Of a stretch of DNA of 64,000 bases, positions 13,501-29,930 are shown in pieces. The first letter of the stretch is position 1, and each line of letters begins with the position of its first letter. The translations under genes were made by a program, and so were the position numbers. The stretch spans positions 1 through 64,000 of the forward strand of contig CAXHJY010001246.1 in NCBI GenBank assembly GCA_964016885.1. The letters run 5' to 3'. Under the pieces are notes generated by a model. That model had not been told where the DNA came from, ran no database searches, and saw only the letters and a program-made list of their open reading frames with translations. This stretch comes from Eledone cirrhosa. Its lineage: Eukaryota.

Positions 13501-14354
13501 TTAAACGTTATCAATACGCGACTGGAATTCCATCGCGTCTGTTATTTTCCTTTGATTTTTTTTCTCTTTTTATTAATGAAAACATTTAAAAAATTTCTAT
13601 TGGAAATAAGTTCTATCGATTGATCGTCTCTCCCAAAAGGGTAATACTTATGCAATCGATACACATCGCTTGCTCTCTCTGCATACGGAAAAAAATTAAA
13701 ATAAACGAAAAATAAAAATAAAAATAAAAATAAAAATAAAAATAAAAATAAAAATAAAAATAAAAATAAAAATAAAAATAAAATAAAAAATTAAAATAAA
13801 ATTTAAAATGAAAAAAAATTTTAAATAAAAATAAAATTTAAAATGAAATAAAAAATAAAAATAAAAATAAAATTGAAAATGTTTTTTAGATGAAAAAAAT
13901 AAAAAAATAAATAAAATAATAAATAAAAAAAACGAAACAAAAAAAAAACAATAATAATAAAAAATAATGTTTTTCTGATGAAAACCAAATGTTTGTCATA
14001 AAAATCTTACGAGATCTCGGAAAGAACGGGACTTCCGCCCTTGAGGAATTTCTGTTAAACATCGTTTCTAATTTAGGCAAAAATCCCAACTTGGTCGAAG
14101 ATGAAAGTCGATTAAATCGATCCCAGTCCCAGTCACAATAATTGATTGGCACTTGCTCCATTATTTTAATCGATCTCTGAAGGGACGAAAGTCAAACTGT
14201 GTCGTCAACCGGAGTTTGAACTCAAGACGTATACAACTACAGGCTGTCCCCCCCCCCCAAGTTGGATACACCCTTCAGTAGCTTTGTAATCAAAGTATGT
14301 ATCAATTGTTTGGTGACACTGAATATCTGAATACTGTGAATTCAACGTTCTGTG

Positions 14355-14576
14355 GTGGTAGTAGTAGTGGTAGTAATAGTTGTGGTAGTAGTAGTTATAG
14401 CTTAGTATTAGTATCAGTAGTGGGAGTAGTAGTTATAGTAGTAGTAGTAGTAGTAGTAGTGGCTGTAGTACTGGTTGTAATAGTAGTGGAAGTAGTACTA
14501 GTAGTAGTAGTAGTAGTAGTAATAGTAGTAGTAGTAGTAGTAGTAGTAGTAGCAATAGTAGTAGTAGTAGTAGTAA

Positions 14577-14623
<47 letters not shown>

Positions 14624-14750
14624 ATAGTAATAGTAGTAATAGTAATAGTAATAGTAGTAGTAGTAATAGTAATAGTAGTAGTAGTAGTAGTAATAGTAGT
14701 AGTAGTAGTAGTAGTAGTAGTAGCAATAGTAATAGTAGTAGTAGTAATAA

Positions 14751-14788
<38 letters not shown>

Positions 14789-14800
14789 ACAATAGTAGAA
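14355..14800. repeat. (TAG)n/(TAA)n trinucleotide repeat
   Basis: Directly visible. Confidence 0.97.
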
Positions 14801-14821
14801 TATTATTATTATTATCATCAT

Positions 14822-15085
14822 TACAGTTGCATTTATCTTGCTTTATGTTCATACGAGTTATCACCAAGTCACAACCAGTGACCTCAAGAGACAACAAGGT
14901 CCGCCATGTTCAAGAAAGAACATACATACTCACATGCATCTTTAGGTGACTTGTGATGTACTTATATTGACAGAATCTTCCTAAGTATATAGGCAGTTCC
15001 CATTAGTACTATCTTTTGTATTTCTTCTATACGCGGGTTTCCTGGGGTTTGCGATAAGTAATCATTAGACCCCTTAGGTATCATT
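14822..15085 (-). mobile_element. 3' UTR-only copy of the R4/Dong-like LINE at 27474-28670
   Basis: Near-identical to 27474-27730; short (TAT)n on both sides. Confidence 0.85.
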
Positions 15086-15094
15086 ATTATTAGT

Positions 15095-15690
15095 CAAAAT
15101 ACGGCACAAAACATCGTCTCCTCTAACAACAAAAAACTCAACCCCTATGGAAGAAATAACCGAGACAGTAGCCGAGAGCCGACTAGGAAGTGCAACTGTC
15201 CTGATAGATCCCTTTGCCCCCTCAACAACAGATGCCGAGATCGTAATGTGATCTACCAGTGCAACGTGAGGACGGACACCTCCAACAAAGCTTATATAGG
15301 ATTAACCGCTTGTGACTTCAAGACCCGGCTCTACCTACACAGACATACTTTCCGAAACCAGGCCCGGCGTCACACCACTACACACTCGGGCCACACCTGG
15401 GACCTCAAAGATAATAATATAACATACAATCTCACTTGGAGCTTACTGTCCAGAGCTAACTCTTACACGGGAGGATGCCGTCCGTGTAACTTATGCTCGG
15501 AGGAAACATTACAAATGCTGTTTTCGAAGGACCAACTCCTAAACAAGAAAGACGAACTGGTAACTGCATGCAAACACAGAAAAAGAAGAGAGGGGTCATA
15601 CTTGTTCCTATTACCCACTCTACTACCTTAAGTATTGAGTACTTTGGTGCGTTATGGTCCATCTGGTTCCTTACCATATTTCCTTCGTTA
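15095..15690 (+). mobile_element. Penelope-like element 3' end (GIY-YIG endonuclease, Hydra-clade-like) joined to pLTR tail
   Basis: CNCPDRSLCPLNNRC..VIY..YIGLT..FKTR..H..WDLKD..W..CNLCSEE..LLNKKDELVTACKH, then the pLTR tail and (TA)n. Confidence 0.88.
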
Positions 15691-15775
15691 TATATATATA
15701 TATATATATAAGTACGTTTGTTTTGAAACAGCGAGCGAGTTTGAAATAGAAAATAGGAGCTTTACGCCGTATTTT

Positions 15776-15976
15776 TGACCAAAGAAATGTTAACCTGGTA
15801 GTGGTGTTTAAAACCCTCTAAGAAATGGAAAAAGATGAGTATTGATGTACATGGGAGTCGAACACACATTTTTGGTTATTCAGATGTGGGTTCGACTCCC
15901 ATGTACGTCAATACTCATCGTTTCCCATTTCTCAGGGGGTTATAGCCCCACTATCAGGCTAACATTTCTTTGGTCA
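15776..15976. repeat. ~200-bp imperfect palindrome (family shared with 46020-46230)
   Basis: Arms ~15776-15869 and ~15884-15976 are reverse complements with mismatches. Confidence 0.85.
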
Positions 15977-16868
15977 TATTATATATATATAATAATATAT
16001 GTAGTAAGAAACACAGTAAATCGTGTGTCAAATATTACGAGGGTTGAAGAACCACCAGCCGGTGGGGTCCTGACTCTTTTCCTATTACCCACTCTACTAC
16101 CCTAAGTATCGAGTACTCTGGTCCATTATGATCCACCTGGTTCCTTACCACACTTTCTTTGTTAAAACATAGATAGATAGATTTTACTGCAAATTGAAGC
16201 ACTTACTTCACCTGCCTAGAGCTAATGAAAAATGGAGCATTACCTTTTTACCTGCTCCGGAGTGGAATATAATAAATCTAGATTGGATGAGAGAAAATGA
16301 ACGAAAGACGAAAAGAAAGTGAGAAGGAACGAATGCTAGGAAAAGAAACTGTCAGAAAGAAAAGATAAAAATCCATTTAAAAATCTTACAATCCATCTTT
16401 CTCCATGTTCAAATACCCTAACTGCTTGAGACAACCACAATAATTATATTACTCTTTAGCTATAGCAACAGGAATCTCCAGCAGAGTTCGATGCAGCTGC
16501 CATCATAATTTACTCGTTAGAAGTTTTATAAAGTGTGTACTCTCTTCTGAAGGAGGCTAGACAGTCGATAGGCTACTGGTAAGTAATACGCATCATTCAT
16601 AAATTACGTTAACTAGCCTCTTTCTTAAATCAATTGGAACTCTCATATAAGCTATTATATAAATGTATTAGTGCTAATAAAATCTTCTAATAGACATAAA
16701 GTAGAATTCTTTGGTAAATGTCTTCGTATATCGATTCCAATGGATGATTTTTTTATTGTTTCTGAGTGAGAACATAAACGTCAGCGATACGTGACAAAAT
16801 GTTCTGTTCAGGGAAAGGAAAAACGAGAAAAGAAATTTAAACACTTTGAACCTTCCCATTTTCCAATC

Positions 16869-16968
<100 letters not shown>

Positions 16969-17448
16969 TGTCCCTGTCGCTCAATCTTTCTCTCTCTGTC
17001 TCTCAATCTCTCTCCCAATCTCTCTCTCTCTCTCCCTGTCCCTGTCTCTCAATCTCTCTCTCTCTGTCTCTCTCTCTCTCTCTCTGTCTCCCAATCTCTC
17101 TCTCTCTCTCTCTCTCTCCTTGTCCCTGTCTCCCAATCTTTCTCTCTCTGTCTACCAATCTCACTCTCCCTCTATCTCTCTGTCTTTCAATCTGTCTCAA
17201 TCCGTCTCTCAACTTGTCTTTCAACCTCTCTCTGTGTCGCTCAATCCCTCTCCTTGTCTCTGTGTGTGTGTCTCTCTCTCTCTCAACCTGTGTATCTCAA
17301 TCTCTCTCTGTCAATCTCTCACTCTGTCTCTCAATCTCTCTCTGTCTGTCCCTCTTCCTCTCTATCTCGAAATCATTCTATGCATATATATATATATATA
17401 TTCTTTTGAGGGTATGTCAATATTTGTTTATAAAACTGATCTATATTA

Positions 17449-17513
17449 TATTTTATCTGATGAAAGCGCACCATAATTTGCTTTGGTGTCCTTGAAATAT
17501 GTATAATAAAATA
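17449..17513 (+). ncRNA. Minimal type I hammerhead ribozyme in a pLTR-like repeat (17400-17645)
   Basis: TATTTTAT CTGATGA aagcGCACCA..TGGTGTcctt GAAA TATGTA TA ATAAAATA; the downstream 130 bp match 54220-54350. Confidence 0.85.
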
Positions 17514-17810
17514 AATATGGTTTTATAAATATAGTTTCCATTTGTTAATATCCTATATTTACTCCAAATACTTGTTGAGTGCTTTATATCAGTTATAAAA
17601 ATATTTGCTTGTTGTATCCCAACAAATTAAATATAACTTCTACATATATATATATATATATACGTATATTTACGTATATATATATAAATATAAATACACA
17701 CACATATAAATACACATATATATATATACATATATATATGTCGTTTTCCATTTTACATATATATATATACGTGTATATATATATAAATACACATATATCT
17801 GTACACACAC

Positions 17811-17853
<43 letters not shown>

Positions 17854-18152
17854 GACGCGTGTATTTGCGAAAACAGGTAACTGTAAACAGGAAAGAGTGG
17901 ACTTAAAGAGAGTACACAGTACTGGAGATAGTGACATCATTTACTGCAAGTTAAATATTTGTACAACGTTACTAAGTGTTTCTCGTTGTTGGGGACAGAC
18001 GATGCTATGGTAATTGTATCTAAAGTTGGCATAAGGTCAGCCATTTGAAGGGAAGGTGAAGGTCGATTAATTCGACCGCAGTACGTTACTGGTATTTTAT
18101 TGATTCGACCCTGTTAGAATGAAAGGAAAAGCTAATCTTGGTGGGAAATAAT

Positions 18153-18342
18153 AATTGTTTCTACTTTTGGTACAAGGCCAGCAATTATCCCAGTGCATTA
18201 CTGGTACTTTATTTTATCGACCCCGTAATGATGAAAGGTAAAATCAACTTTGGCGGGATTTGAGTCAGACCATAAAGGGCCGTAACTCTATGCGTCAAAG
18301 CATGGCGTCCGACCCTCTACCGATACTGCCAATCCACCGCCC
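18153..18342 (-). mobile_element. tRNA-derived SINE, near full length (another partial copy at 18030-18150)
   Basis: Reverse complement of the SINE consensus seen at 29931. Confidence 0.9.
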
Positions 18343-18364
18343 TTAACTATAATAATAATAATGG

Positions 18365-18945
18365 TTTCATTTATTGGCCACAGGCGCCAGCATATAGGGG
18401 ACAATACAATAGACGGGGCAGTGGGGGGGGGGTACATAAAAATCGAGTAAAAAGTAGGAAAACAATAACAATAAACAAGAAAAATACAACAATGAAAAAT
18501 TCCCTGATAGGGCGGATAACCACCCAGGGCTGATTCAGGTACCCCACCAATCCTGATCCACCCGACGCTTCGAGGGCACCTGGGAAATGCACCCCTCTCC
18601 TCCTCAAATTAGCCAGCCTACAGGCGCATGGTCAGAGTAGGCCCACTAACACGGGCCATTCTAGGCACATTCACCCACCTTTCAGCAAATGTACTGGGGG
18701 GCAGCACTTCTCTCTCCACCCTCACCTTCCTTTCTAGGTGAAATTTGAAAAAGTTGATGAGGGATGGCCGAAGAGAAAAGTGTCTGTCTTCAGTCCTTTC
18801 AACCTGGTCCACCATATAACCTCTTTCGCGACTCCCACCACACAGAGGAATATTGCCTGCCCTTCTGCCCCCATGCCCTAGGCCCAAAGACCAATCGCTC
18901 TCCCCTTCACTCCCCTCCTTCAACCCCCTCTCTTCTATGACACCA
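18365..18945 (-). mobile_element. L1/Tx1-type LINE 3' end (ORF2 C-terminus, 3' UTR, AATAAA)
   Basis: W.TRLKGLKTDTF / LINFFKFHLERKVRVEREVLPPSTFAERWVNV..*, GC-richer UTR, AATAAA near 18372 followed by an (ATT)n tail. Confidence 0.6.
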
Positions 18946-18948
18946 GAC

Positions 18949-18980
<32 letters not shown>

Positions 18981-19802
18981 CTCTGTGTGTGTATGACTTG
19001 CACACGGAAAAAAACGAAACATATGGGACCAACGAACAAAGGTATCCATCTTTGTTAGTCAAGCCCCTGGGGAATACAATTTGATGTGTGTGTGTGTTTG
19101 GGTGTATGAGTATATAAATATAAAGTGCAAGCACAGACACACTTACAACCATACATTCACACAAACATACACATACACTTACGTAAACACACACATACAC
19201 TCAGATACCACTGTTTTGCTATAGTTTTCACCATCCCCTTCCTTCCTTCTAGACACATACATTCACACAAACACATACAAACATTGTGTGACGGACAGAC
19301 GGAAGTCGCTCGAATTTATATATACATCTTGATCTGTTTTTGTTTGCTTTTGCCAGAACATTTGCTTGTGTGTTTGTTGTTTATGAACGCTAATATATTT
19401 TAATTTATTTGATCACATTTTCTAATCATTCATCATTTAAAGTTCACCACCATTTGAGTTTGAGTTGCCTCCCCTTATTTCTCTAATCTCATTTATATAT
19501 CTTATTTATCCATCACTCATCCAATTTAACCACCTCTTCTAACTGAACTAGCTTATCGTATTCATCTTGCTTTCCCCCCGTAAACTGATCGTATATATCT
19601 GCAATCGATACAACGAACATCTACGCACGCGTGTGTATATGTGTGTGTATGTATCTATGTGTGCGCGCGCGTGTGCGTGTGTGTTTGTATGAATTGCACA
19701 CGTAAAAAAAGCATCCATCTTTGGTGTCAGCCAAGTCCCTGGGGAATAACATTTCATGTGTATGTGTATGTGTGTGTGTTTGTGTGTATGTGTGTGTGTG
19801 TA

Positions 19803-19837
<35 letters not shown>

Positions 19838-21147
19838 GTGTATGAGTGTGTTTGGTGTATGTGCATTTGTGTGTTTGTGTGTGTGTGTGAGAGTGTTTGA
19901 TGTATGTGCCTGTGTATTTGTGTATGTATGTGTGTATGAGTGTGTTTGGTGTATCTGCCTGTGAGTGTATGTATCTGTGTATTTGTGTGTGTATATATGT
20001 GTGTGTGAGAGAGTGTGTTTGATGTATGTGCCTTTGTATTTGTGTATGTATGTGTGTGTGTATGTATGTATGTGTGTATGTGTGTGTTCATGTGCCTGTG
20101 TATTTGTGTATGTATGTATGTGTGTGTGTGTGTGTGTATGAGTGTGTAAAGTGTATGTGCCTGTGTATTTGTGTATATATGTATGTGTGTACGTATGTAT
20201 GTATGTGCGTGTGTATGTATGTGTGTATGTATGTATATGTGTGTGTATGCGTGTATGTATGTATGTATGTATGTATGTGTGTATGTGTGTGCGTGTGCCT
20301 GTGTATTTGTGTGTGTGCGTGTGGAGGAGTCTTAGTGTCACACACTGTGTGAAAAAGCTGGCGATTTGAACTAGAAGTATGACGCATATTCGCCAGGTGA
20401 AGAATGCAATGTAGCAAGGCGATATAACATGGCCGTTGTTGGACATAACGCGCCGCCGGCAATCTAACACATCGTTAAAAACAAAATTTAATCAACAGTT
20501 ATTTATTATCTGGTGGAATTCACCTTTATAAATTGCAATTTCTTAACAGAATTATCTTTATATTTTTAGCAGTACTGTGGATGCTGAATAACCACAGGAA
20601 TCAAACTTAGAAACTCGATAGAAATTAATATGTATTACTTGCCAGTATGTGCTAATTTTATTGTCACCAGGTGGCTCTGCTAACATTTCACTTCTACGCC
20701 AATATAAGTCTTTTCATCTCTTCATATAATAGAATGCCGTTCAGTTCAGCTTTATAAGGGTGTTTTGCTCCTTTCTAAATATTTAATCAAACGCGTTTAA
20801 AATGACATTTTAAATGAGAGCCATGCGATAGAAGTCACGTTTGGTATGTAACAACTGACGATATATTTCAGTTTTCACATAAATAAAGATATTGAACTAA
20901 TATAGCTAATTTGACGATACTATCAAACCGCCATGAAGCCGCGAAATGTAATTCTCAAAAATGACAGCTTCGTTAAATATAATTTATCACAGTTTAGTTA
21001 ATTAAGTAATTCAATTATAATCTCGATTAGTGTTATTTAACTGGAAGATCTGTCACGGCCATACTGGAGCGTACATTTCTTTTTTTTTTCCAAGGTTCTA
21101 TTAACACAGGTAACAGAGGTGCTCTCTGAAATTGAAGTTAATATTAA

Positions 21148-21405
21148 TAACTGTTTCTACTTTAGGCACAAGGCCAGCAATTATCCCAGCACATTACTGG
21201 TACTTTATTTTATCGACCCCGTAAGGATGAAAGGCAAAGCTAACCTCAGTGGGATTTGAACTCAGAAGTTAAAAATGATAATTGTTTCTACTTTTGGCAC
21301 AAGGCCAGGAATTACTCTCCCAGTATATTACTGGTACTATATTTTATCCACCCCGTAAGGATAAAAGGCAAAGTTAACTACAGCGGGATTTGCACACTGA
21401 AGTTA
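21148..21405 (-). mobile_element. Two tandem truncated SINE copies
   Basis: SINE tail and core on the minus strand, twice. Confidence 0.85.
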
Positions 21406-21617
21406 ACATTAATAATAGTGTAGGTTCTAACGTAGGTACAAGGCCAGCTATTTTCTGTGTGTGAGGAAGAGGAAGAGATGCCTAAGGTTCGGTTTCAGGT
21501 ACGAGTTGTATGTATGTACGTATGTATAGGTGTATGTATGATTATATTTACGTATGCATAAGTATATGTATATATGTCTCTCTCTATATATGTATGTATA
21601 AGTATATATATGTCTGT

Positions 21618-23250
<1,633 letters not shown>

Positions 23251-23290
23251 TATGTATATATATGTATATATATGTATATATATATATATA

Positions 23291-23363
<73 letters not shown>

Positions 23364-23999
23364 ATGTATTATGTGTATGTGTCAAAATAATGTAATTGTC
23401 TAAACAAATACTTAAAAAATATGGAAGGTGATGTCAAATACAGATAAGTTTCAAGTTTCCTTTGATTAGAGTTAATTTCACATGTTGCTATTGTTATTGG
23501 TGTTGTTGTTGGTGGTGTTATTGTTGTTGTTGTCCTTCTTCATCTTCTTTTTCTTCTTCTTTTTCTTTTTCTTTTTCTTCTTCTGTCACTAATTAAATCA
23601 ATAATAAGTATATTACCTAATCAACAACTATTCTTGTAGAAACAAACATGTATTTTATGTATGTATGTATGTATGTATGTATGTATGTATGTATGTATGT
23701 ATGTATGTATGTATGTATGTATGTATGTATGTATGTATATATATATATATGTATGTATATATGTATGTATGTATGTATATATATATATATATATGTATGT
23801 ATGAATGTGTTCTGGTTTTATAATTTCACAAATTTTTTCCCAATAGAGAAAGAGTCGGTTTCTAACATAGACACAAGACTCTTTCATTGGAATTTACACA
23901 ACATCAACTAGGTAGATATGTATGTATGCATGCATGTGTAGATATGGATGTTATTGTATGTGTGGATGTGTATGTTTTGAGTTGTATGTGTGCATGTGT

Positions 24000-25720
24000 A
24001 TATGCTTTGTATCTGTACATGTGTATATGCAGTTATCAGATGCAACATTTTTGGAATGTTTTATATATTTTTACTGTTCCATTAATGGATTGTACTTGTA
24101 GTTTCCTACCTAGTTGTGTTCTTTCTGTTCCTGTGAAGCCTAGCTTCTCAAGATTTGTATTGAGACAGTTACTAACATATCCCAGTGCCCCAATAATCAC
24201 AGGCATAAATCTGAAGGTGTAATCAGGGTGGAGTATCTGCAGATTTCTCATCAGTTCTGCATAAATATTCTCCTTTTCACTAATCTTTGATATTATATTG
24301 CCATCTGCTGGGCAGCTAACTTCCACTACTGTGCATGCTTTCTTCTCCCTGTCCCATATCATAATATCTGGTCTGTTATGCCTGCATTTTATTGGGGTTT
24401 TGACTGGAACATTCCACCAGTACTCTTTCATATTATGTACATGTATGTCTTCCACATTGCTGTAGCTTTTAATGTGTTTATTATCGGGGCTATCTTTTTT
24501 AGGGATTGCATTGTACAGTGTTTTGGCCACTACAACATGCCTCATAGGTAGATAATAGCGCGATGACATCTTTGGACAGCTGCTGATGACATGGGTGATA
24601 TCTTCGATGTTAGTTCTGCAGAGTCTGCACTTGTTATGACATCTAGGTGTTTTGCCTGCATCCCTATCTCTTTTGTGAATCAGGTATTTCGTGTTAATTT
24701 CCTGTTCTTGGATTGTAAAAGCGTATCCTTCAAAGTGGGAGCCAATATAGCGGTTGTTGGTCTAAGATAGACTACTTTCCTTATTTCTATTACTCTCACT
24801 CTGGAGCTTCCTGGAAACATATCCATGCCTGATTTTTTGTTGTTGGTTTTTCATCCATGGATTCACTGCGATACTGCTGAGCGACTTTCCTGGGTGTGAG
24901 TTTTTTGATTATCACACAGGGAACATATCTCGAGGAGTTCCTTCCCAACTCTCATGATCTTATCTGTTTCATGCAGATAGATTTGCTCGAGAGACGGGCT
25001 CCTACGCTTCGAGGTTCGTAGATGTTGTCGGAGAGATATGATGCGACATTCAAATGTTGTCTGGATTGATGTTAGGCCTCTGCCTCCCTGCTTACGTTTC
25101 AAGTAAAGGCGGTCTATGTCACTGTTGATGGAGACGTTTCCGGTGTTGTTCAGTATTTTTCGAGTTCCAACATCAACTGCTCGCATTTCGTCTATCGTCC
25201 AATTGAGTATTCCAAACGTTGGTGTTAGGACAGACACAGCAAACACATTGTGAGCCACTGTTTTGTTTTGCGCAGAGAGTTCCGATTACCAAATCTTTCT
25301 TAATCGGGTGTAGTATTCCCTGGTTACACGTTCCTTATTACAGATACCATGATAGGATATGTTCTCATCTATCCCCAGTTATCTCTAGCAGTCCTCATCA
25401 GATATTGATGAAACAGTTAGGTCATTGATACAAATGTTGCTAGATTGGGTTGTTGTTTTTCCCCGCTTTACAGTCATATATGAGCATTTATCTTGGCCAA
25501 ACTCCATTCCTATATCCTTTGAGAACGTTGTAACCAGGTCAAGATTTTTCTTCATCCCATCCATTTTCTTGGCATAGAGTTTCAAATCATCCACAAAGAA
25601 ATTATGGGTTATGTATCCTTCACATTTCTTGAGAAGAAAGGGATTTAATGACAGGATGAATAATATCATAGAGAGACTGTCTCCCTGAAATATACCCGTG
25701 CGTTATTTTATTTTATCAGT
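24000..25720 (-). mobile_element. R4/Dong-like non-LTR retrotransposon (RT + CCHC + RLE), 5'-truncated and degraded
   Basis: GIFQGDSLS, FVDDLKLY, DIGMEFGQDKC, RLYLKRKQGGRGL, CRLC..HVISSC, HNRPDI..VEVSCP, PVIIGALG. Confidence 0.9.
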
Positions 25721-26424
25721 GAAAATAGAATCTTATCTATTCCATAACCAAGATTATACCGCTTGGATCTATTATGATATAACATTATCATCATCATTAT
25801 AATTATAACTATAATTGTCATCATCTATCAAAGAACAACATCAAAACCTCTTATATTTACATTCTTATTTTATATATATATATTTTCACTCTTTATCTTA
25901 ATGTCTCTCCCTAAATTTATCTCATATCTGTCATTCTATTTTATCATATAATATAACTTAAAACTAATTAATTTATTTATTTATTAAAATAACCAATTCA
26001 CACTTAAATATATTTAACATTACCATATTTTCACCATTTTTTCATAAATTTTTTATATATATATATTTTTATTTTTATTTATATTTATTTACGCATTAAC
26101 CTTTATTCATCTATTTGTCCCTCTATCCTTCTTCTCTTCTCTCTATCATACGTATATTCTTATTTACGTTTGTCTCTCATCTATATACCATCATATTCTA
26201 TATATCTTTATATTTCTATCTATAATAATTTCTCCTTTTCTTCTTCTTTCTCTTTTTTTTTCTTTTTCCTTCTTCTTTTTCCTTCCTTTCCTTTCTTTCT
26301 TTACAGTATCTATCTCCCTTTCTTTCTCCTTTTCTCCTTTTCTCGCTATATCTTTATTATTAATATTATTATTGATGATGTAATTTGAATTTGTAAATTT
26401 ACCGGTTACACATATATGTTTTGA

Positions 26425-26536
26425 TCAGTTTCCGATGATTTAGTAGAGTTAACATCGTATTTAAAATTGAGTGGCACTGCTTTTAGTGTTCAGCTATTTT
26501 TAGACAACTCTATCAGTGAAACAATTGTTAGACTGA
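26425..26536 (+). ncRNA. Type I hammerhead ribozyme, CCGAUGA core, extended stem II
   Basis: TCAGTTT CCGATGA ttta GTAGAGTT...AACTCTAT cagt GAAAC AATT GTT AGACTGA; 7-bp stem I. Confidence 0.65.
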
Positions 26537-26596
26537 AAATTAATCCCCCTTTTTTGTACTGTTGACCATGTTATTCTCCACTTTTTCAATTATATA

Positions 26597-26660
<64 letters not shown>

Positions 26661-26952
26661 GAAAGTGAACAACAGTGAGTGAATGAAAGAGATACAAGAG
26701 GTTAAACATATCTTTAGATATGTTTTAACGGCCTGTAACTCTTTCATTTACTCATTCTTTTGCTTATTCCAGCTCTGCTTAATCTTTACACTAAATATTA
26801 ACTTTCTCTAATATTTAACCCTGATAACCCAAACATTGAGCACACTACGCATCTGCTTTTGGCATGTAACATTCTGTATCCCCCCACTTTCTACCTCTCC
26901 ATTCTATCCTCTCGTACGATACAATAACCCTATTATTATTATTATTATTATT

Positions 26953-27442
26953 GTTCTTTGAGTCTCAGTTTATTGATGTTGGTTAACTGGAAAGTTTGTT
27001 GAAATGAATATCAAGCCACTACCTGCAGCCTCAGATATTCATGACGTATTGGAGGGTTCTTGTTGTTCCCAGCAAGCATGCCTTTTGAAGTGTTCCAAAA
27101 AGCGAGGCGGGGTCAATTTTCTTTAACTGGAAACTCTTTGAGATAGTACCTAGTGCGCCTATGACAATCGGGACCACTTTGACTTCATAGCAGTTCCAAA
27201 TCCTTTTTACCTCCCACTTTAAGTCCTGGTATCGGTTAATTTTCTCCCTCTCCTTCTCTTGCACTCTCGTGTCGAATGGGCAGGCCACATCCACAATCTG
27301 GCACGATCTTTTTTCCTTGTCCAAAACCACCAGATCAGGGCTAATGTGTTCCAGTTTCTTGTCCGTCTGTATCCTAAAATCCCATAGCACCTTCACCTGA
27401 CCATTTTCTATCACCGACTCTGGCTTATGCTCATACCACTTC
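26953..27442 (-). mobile_element. R4/Dong-like LINE 3' end (RLE domain) within (TAA)n
   Basis: KWYEHKP..LWDFRIQTD..PDLVVLDK..IVDVACP..KINRYQDL..VPIVIGALG; (TAT)n on both sides. Confidence 0.9.
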
Positions 27443-27473
<31 letters not shown>

Positions 27474-28669
27474 GCAGTTGCATTTATCTTGCTTTATGTT
27501 CATACGAGTTATCACCAAGTCACAACCAGTGACCTCAAGAGACAACAAGGTCCGCCATGTTCAAGAAAGAACATACATCTTTAGTGTTTAGACTTGTGAT
27601 GTACTTATATTGACAGAATCTTCCTTAGTATATGGGCAGTTCCCATTAGTACTTAGTATTTTGTATTTCTCCTATACGCGGGTTTCCTGGGATTTGCGAT
27701 AAGTAATCATTAGACCCCTTAGGTATCATTCCCAGAGCGCCCACAACCACTGGTATTGTTTTAGTTCTCAATTTCCACATTTTTCCCAATTTCTATCTCC
27801 AGGTCCTTATACTTGCTCACTTTTTCAAATGTTTTTATAGATACATTCTTGTTTATTGGAACGGACATATCAATTAGCTGGCATACCCTCTTTTTAAAGT
27901 CCTTCAATATTATACCAGATCTATTTGCATCTATTTTTCGATCTGTTTGGATGCTAAAGTTCCACAAGATTGAGATGTGATCTTTTTCAAGTATGGGAGG
28001 TGGTTGATGCTCCCACCAATTCTTTTGATGGGGCAGGTCAAAATGCTTACACATTATCCAATGTATGTATTGTGCAGCTCTGTCATGCCTGTTTAGGTAT
28101 TCGGTTGGAGCTATAGGACTGCACATTGAAATTATATGGTCAATGGTCTCTGGTTGTTTTTTGCATACACGGCATAATGGGCTGCATCCATTTTTTATTA
28201 TGTTGGCTTGGTAATTTTTTGTTGGCAGACACTGATCTTGTGCTGATATAATCAGTCCTTCAGTCTCCGATTTCAGTCCAGAGGATGCCAACCACTGATG
28301 GGTTAAAGTTTTGTCAACATCAGGATTATTAGCTCGTTCTGGGTATTTTCCATACAGAGGCTTTTCTTGCCATTTCTTAGCCAGTTTCTGTAGCAGTTCT
28401 TTCACCTGCTTTGCTTTTTCTGTGTTTTCCATTTCAGCAGTAAATTTGTAGTCTGAAATTTGTAGTCCATTACTGTATCTTTGTGCATCTTTTGTAATGG
28501 AATATGATCTTTTGATGCTTTCGTGTTTCAAAACGAGTTTGATCATCCAATCATGTGATTCCCTTAGATATGTAGATAATCCAATTGTTGCAGTTTTCAA
28601 CGCAATGTCTAACTGGACTAACCCACGTCCTCCTTCTTTCCTAGGGAGATATATTCTATCTATATCTGC

Positions 28670-28670
<1 letters not shown>
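27474..28670 (-). mobile_element. R4/Dong-like LINE 3' part (CCHC + RLE + 3' UTR) within (TAA)n
   Basis: YLPRKEGGRGL, SETEGLIISAQDQ, CRVC..ETIDHIISMC..YLNRHD, LWNFSIQTD..IDMSVP..KYKDL; (TAT)n on both sides. Confidence 0.9.
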
Positions 28671-28718
<48 letters not shown>

Positions 28719-28906
28719 GAGCGGTGGATTGGCAGTATCGGTAGAGAGTCGGATGGCATGGTTTCCAGCATAGTTATGTCCCTTTACAGACTGAGTTCAA
28801 ATCCCGCCAAGGTTAACTTTTTCCTTTCATCCTTACGGGGTCGATAAAATAAAGTACCAGTAATGCACTGGGATAATTGCTGGCCTTGTGCCAAAAGTAG
28901 AAACAA
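28719..28906 (+). mobile_element. tRNA-derived SINE, full length
   Basis: A/B boxes, core, tail, (ATT)n end. Confidence 0.9.
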
Positions 28907-29225
28907 TTATTATTATTAATATTTGAAATTAAGGAATGTCTTTGTGGTCACTCTGTATATAAGCTGCAAGTAGTAGTTTCCTGTTATACAACAGACCTAC
29001 CTCTCCTCCACTAACTCCGCCTTCTCCTCCCGTCCTACAATACTTATCCTACTGCGCTACTCCCATATAACATTATAGATGTCATACATTTTCAAAAGCT
29101 CCTCAATAGAGTTTTAAAGAATTGATAGTAAGTAAACTAATTAGATTGTTGTCTTGAATTACTTTACCTTAATTAACTCCTCCCCTCGCTTTCCATATAT
29201 ATATATATATATTTGTGTGTGTGTG

Positions 29226-29296
<71 letters not shown>

Positions 29297-29335
29297 AAAT
29301 ATATACATAAATTCAAACACACACACATACATACA

Positions 29336-29385
<50 letters not shown>

Positions 29386-29930
29386 CACACACACGCACAT
29401 ATATATATATATGTGTGTGTGTGTGTATATATATATATATTCTTCCTAATATCTTCGCAGTTTTAAAGAAAATAATTAGTCAAACGCAATTTTTAACAGA
29501 TATTATTATTCAGGATTGCCAATTATGTTTGAAACAACAACAACAACAATAAGAACAGCAACAACAACAACATCAGCAATATATACTAACGGCTAAAGAA
29601 CCAAAAAAAGAAAATATTCAAATATCATTAGAAAATCCTATTTTAAAATGGAGCCACGTTGACGATATTTGTGGTGCACTTAACTTAACAGTTATTCTCC
29701 AAGAATGAAGAACGTCTTCATAAAGTATTAATTAGTGTTAATTTCAGTCTGCAATATGTCGGCTTGTTAAGTTTACGGCGTCAAAGCAATTGTTTTTCGT
29801 AATCAATGTAACAGATACAATATTGCTATTATCAGCATATATTAGACGCCCGAGTCTACGTTGTCCGTCTCCTTAATTCTCAGGAATAAATAGACCAACA
29901 AATAAAGAGCATTATTATAGCAATAATATT

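Noticed and set aside
13975-14000. CTGATGA motif
   Set aside because: No stem II or GAAA-UH partner
15880-15905. tRNA-like T-arm GGTTCGACTCCC
   Set aside because: No cloverleaf or A-box; it is part of a palindrome arm
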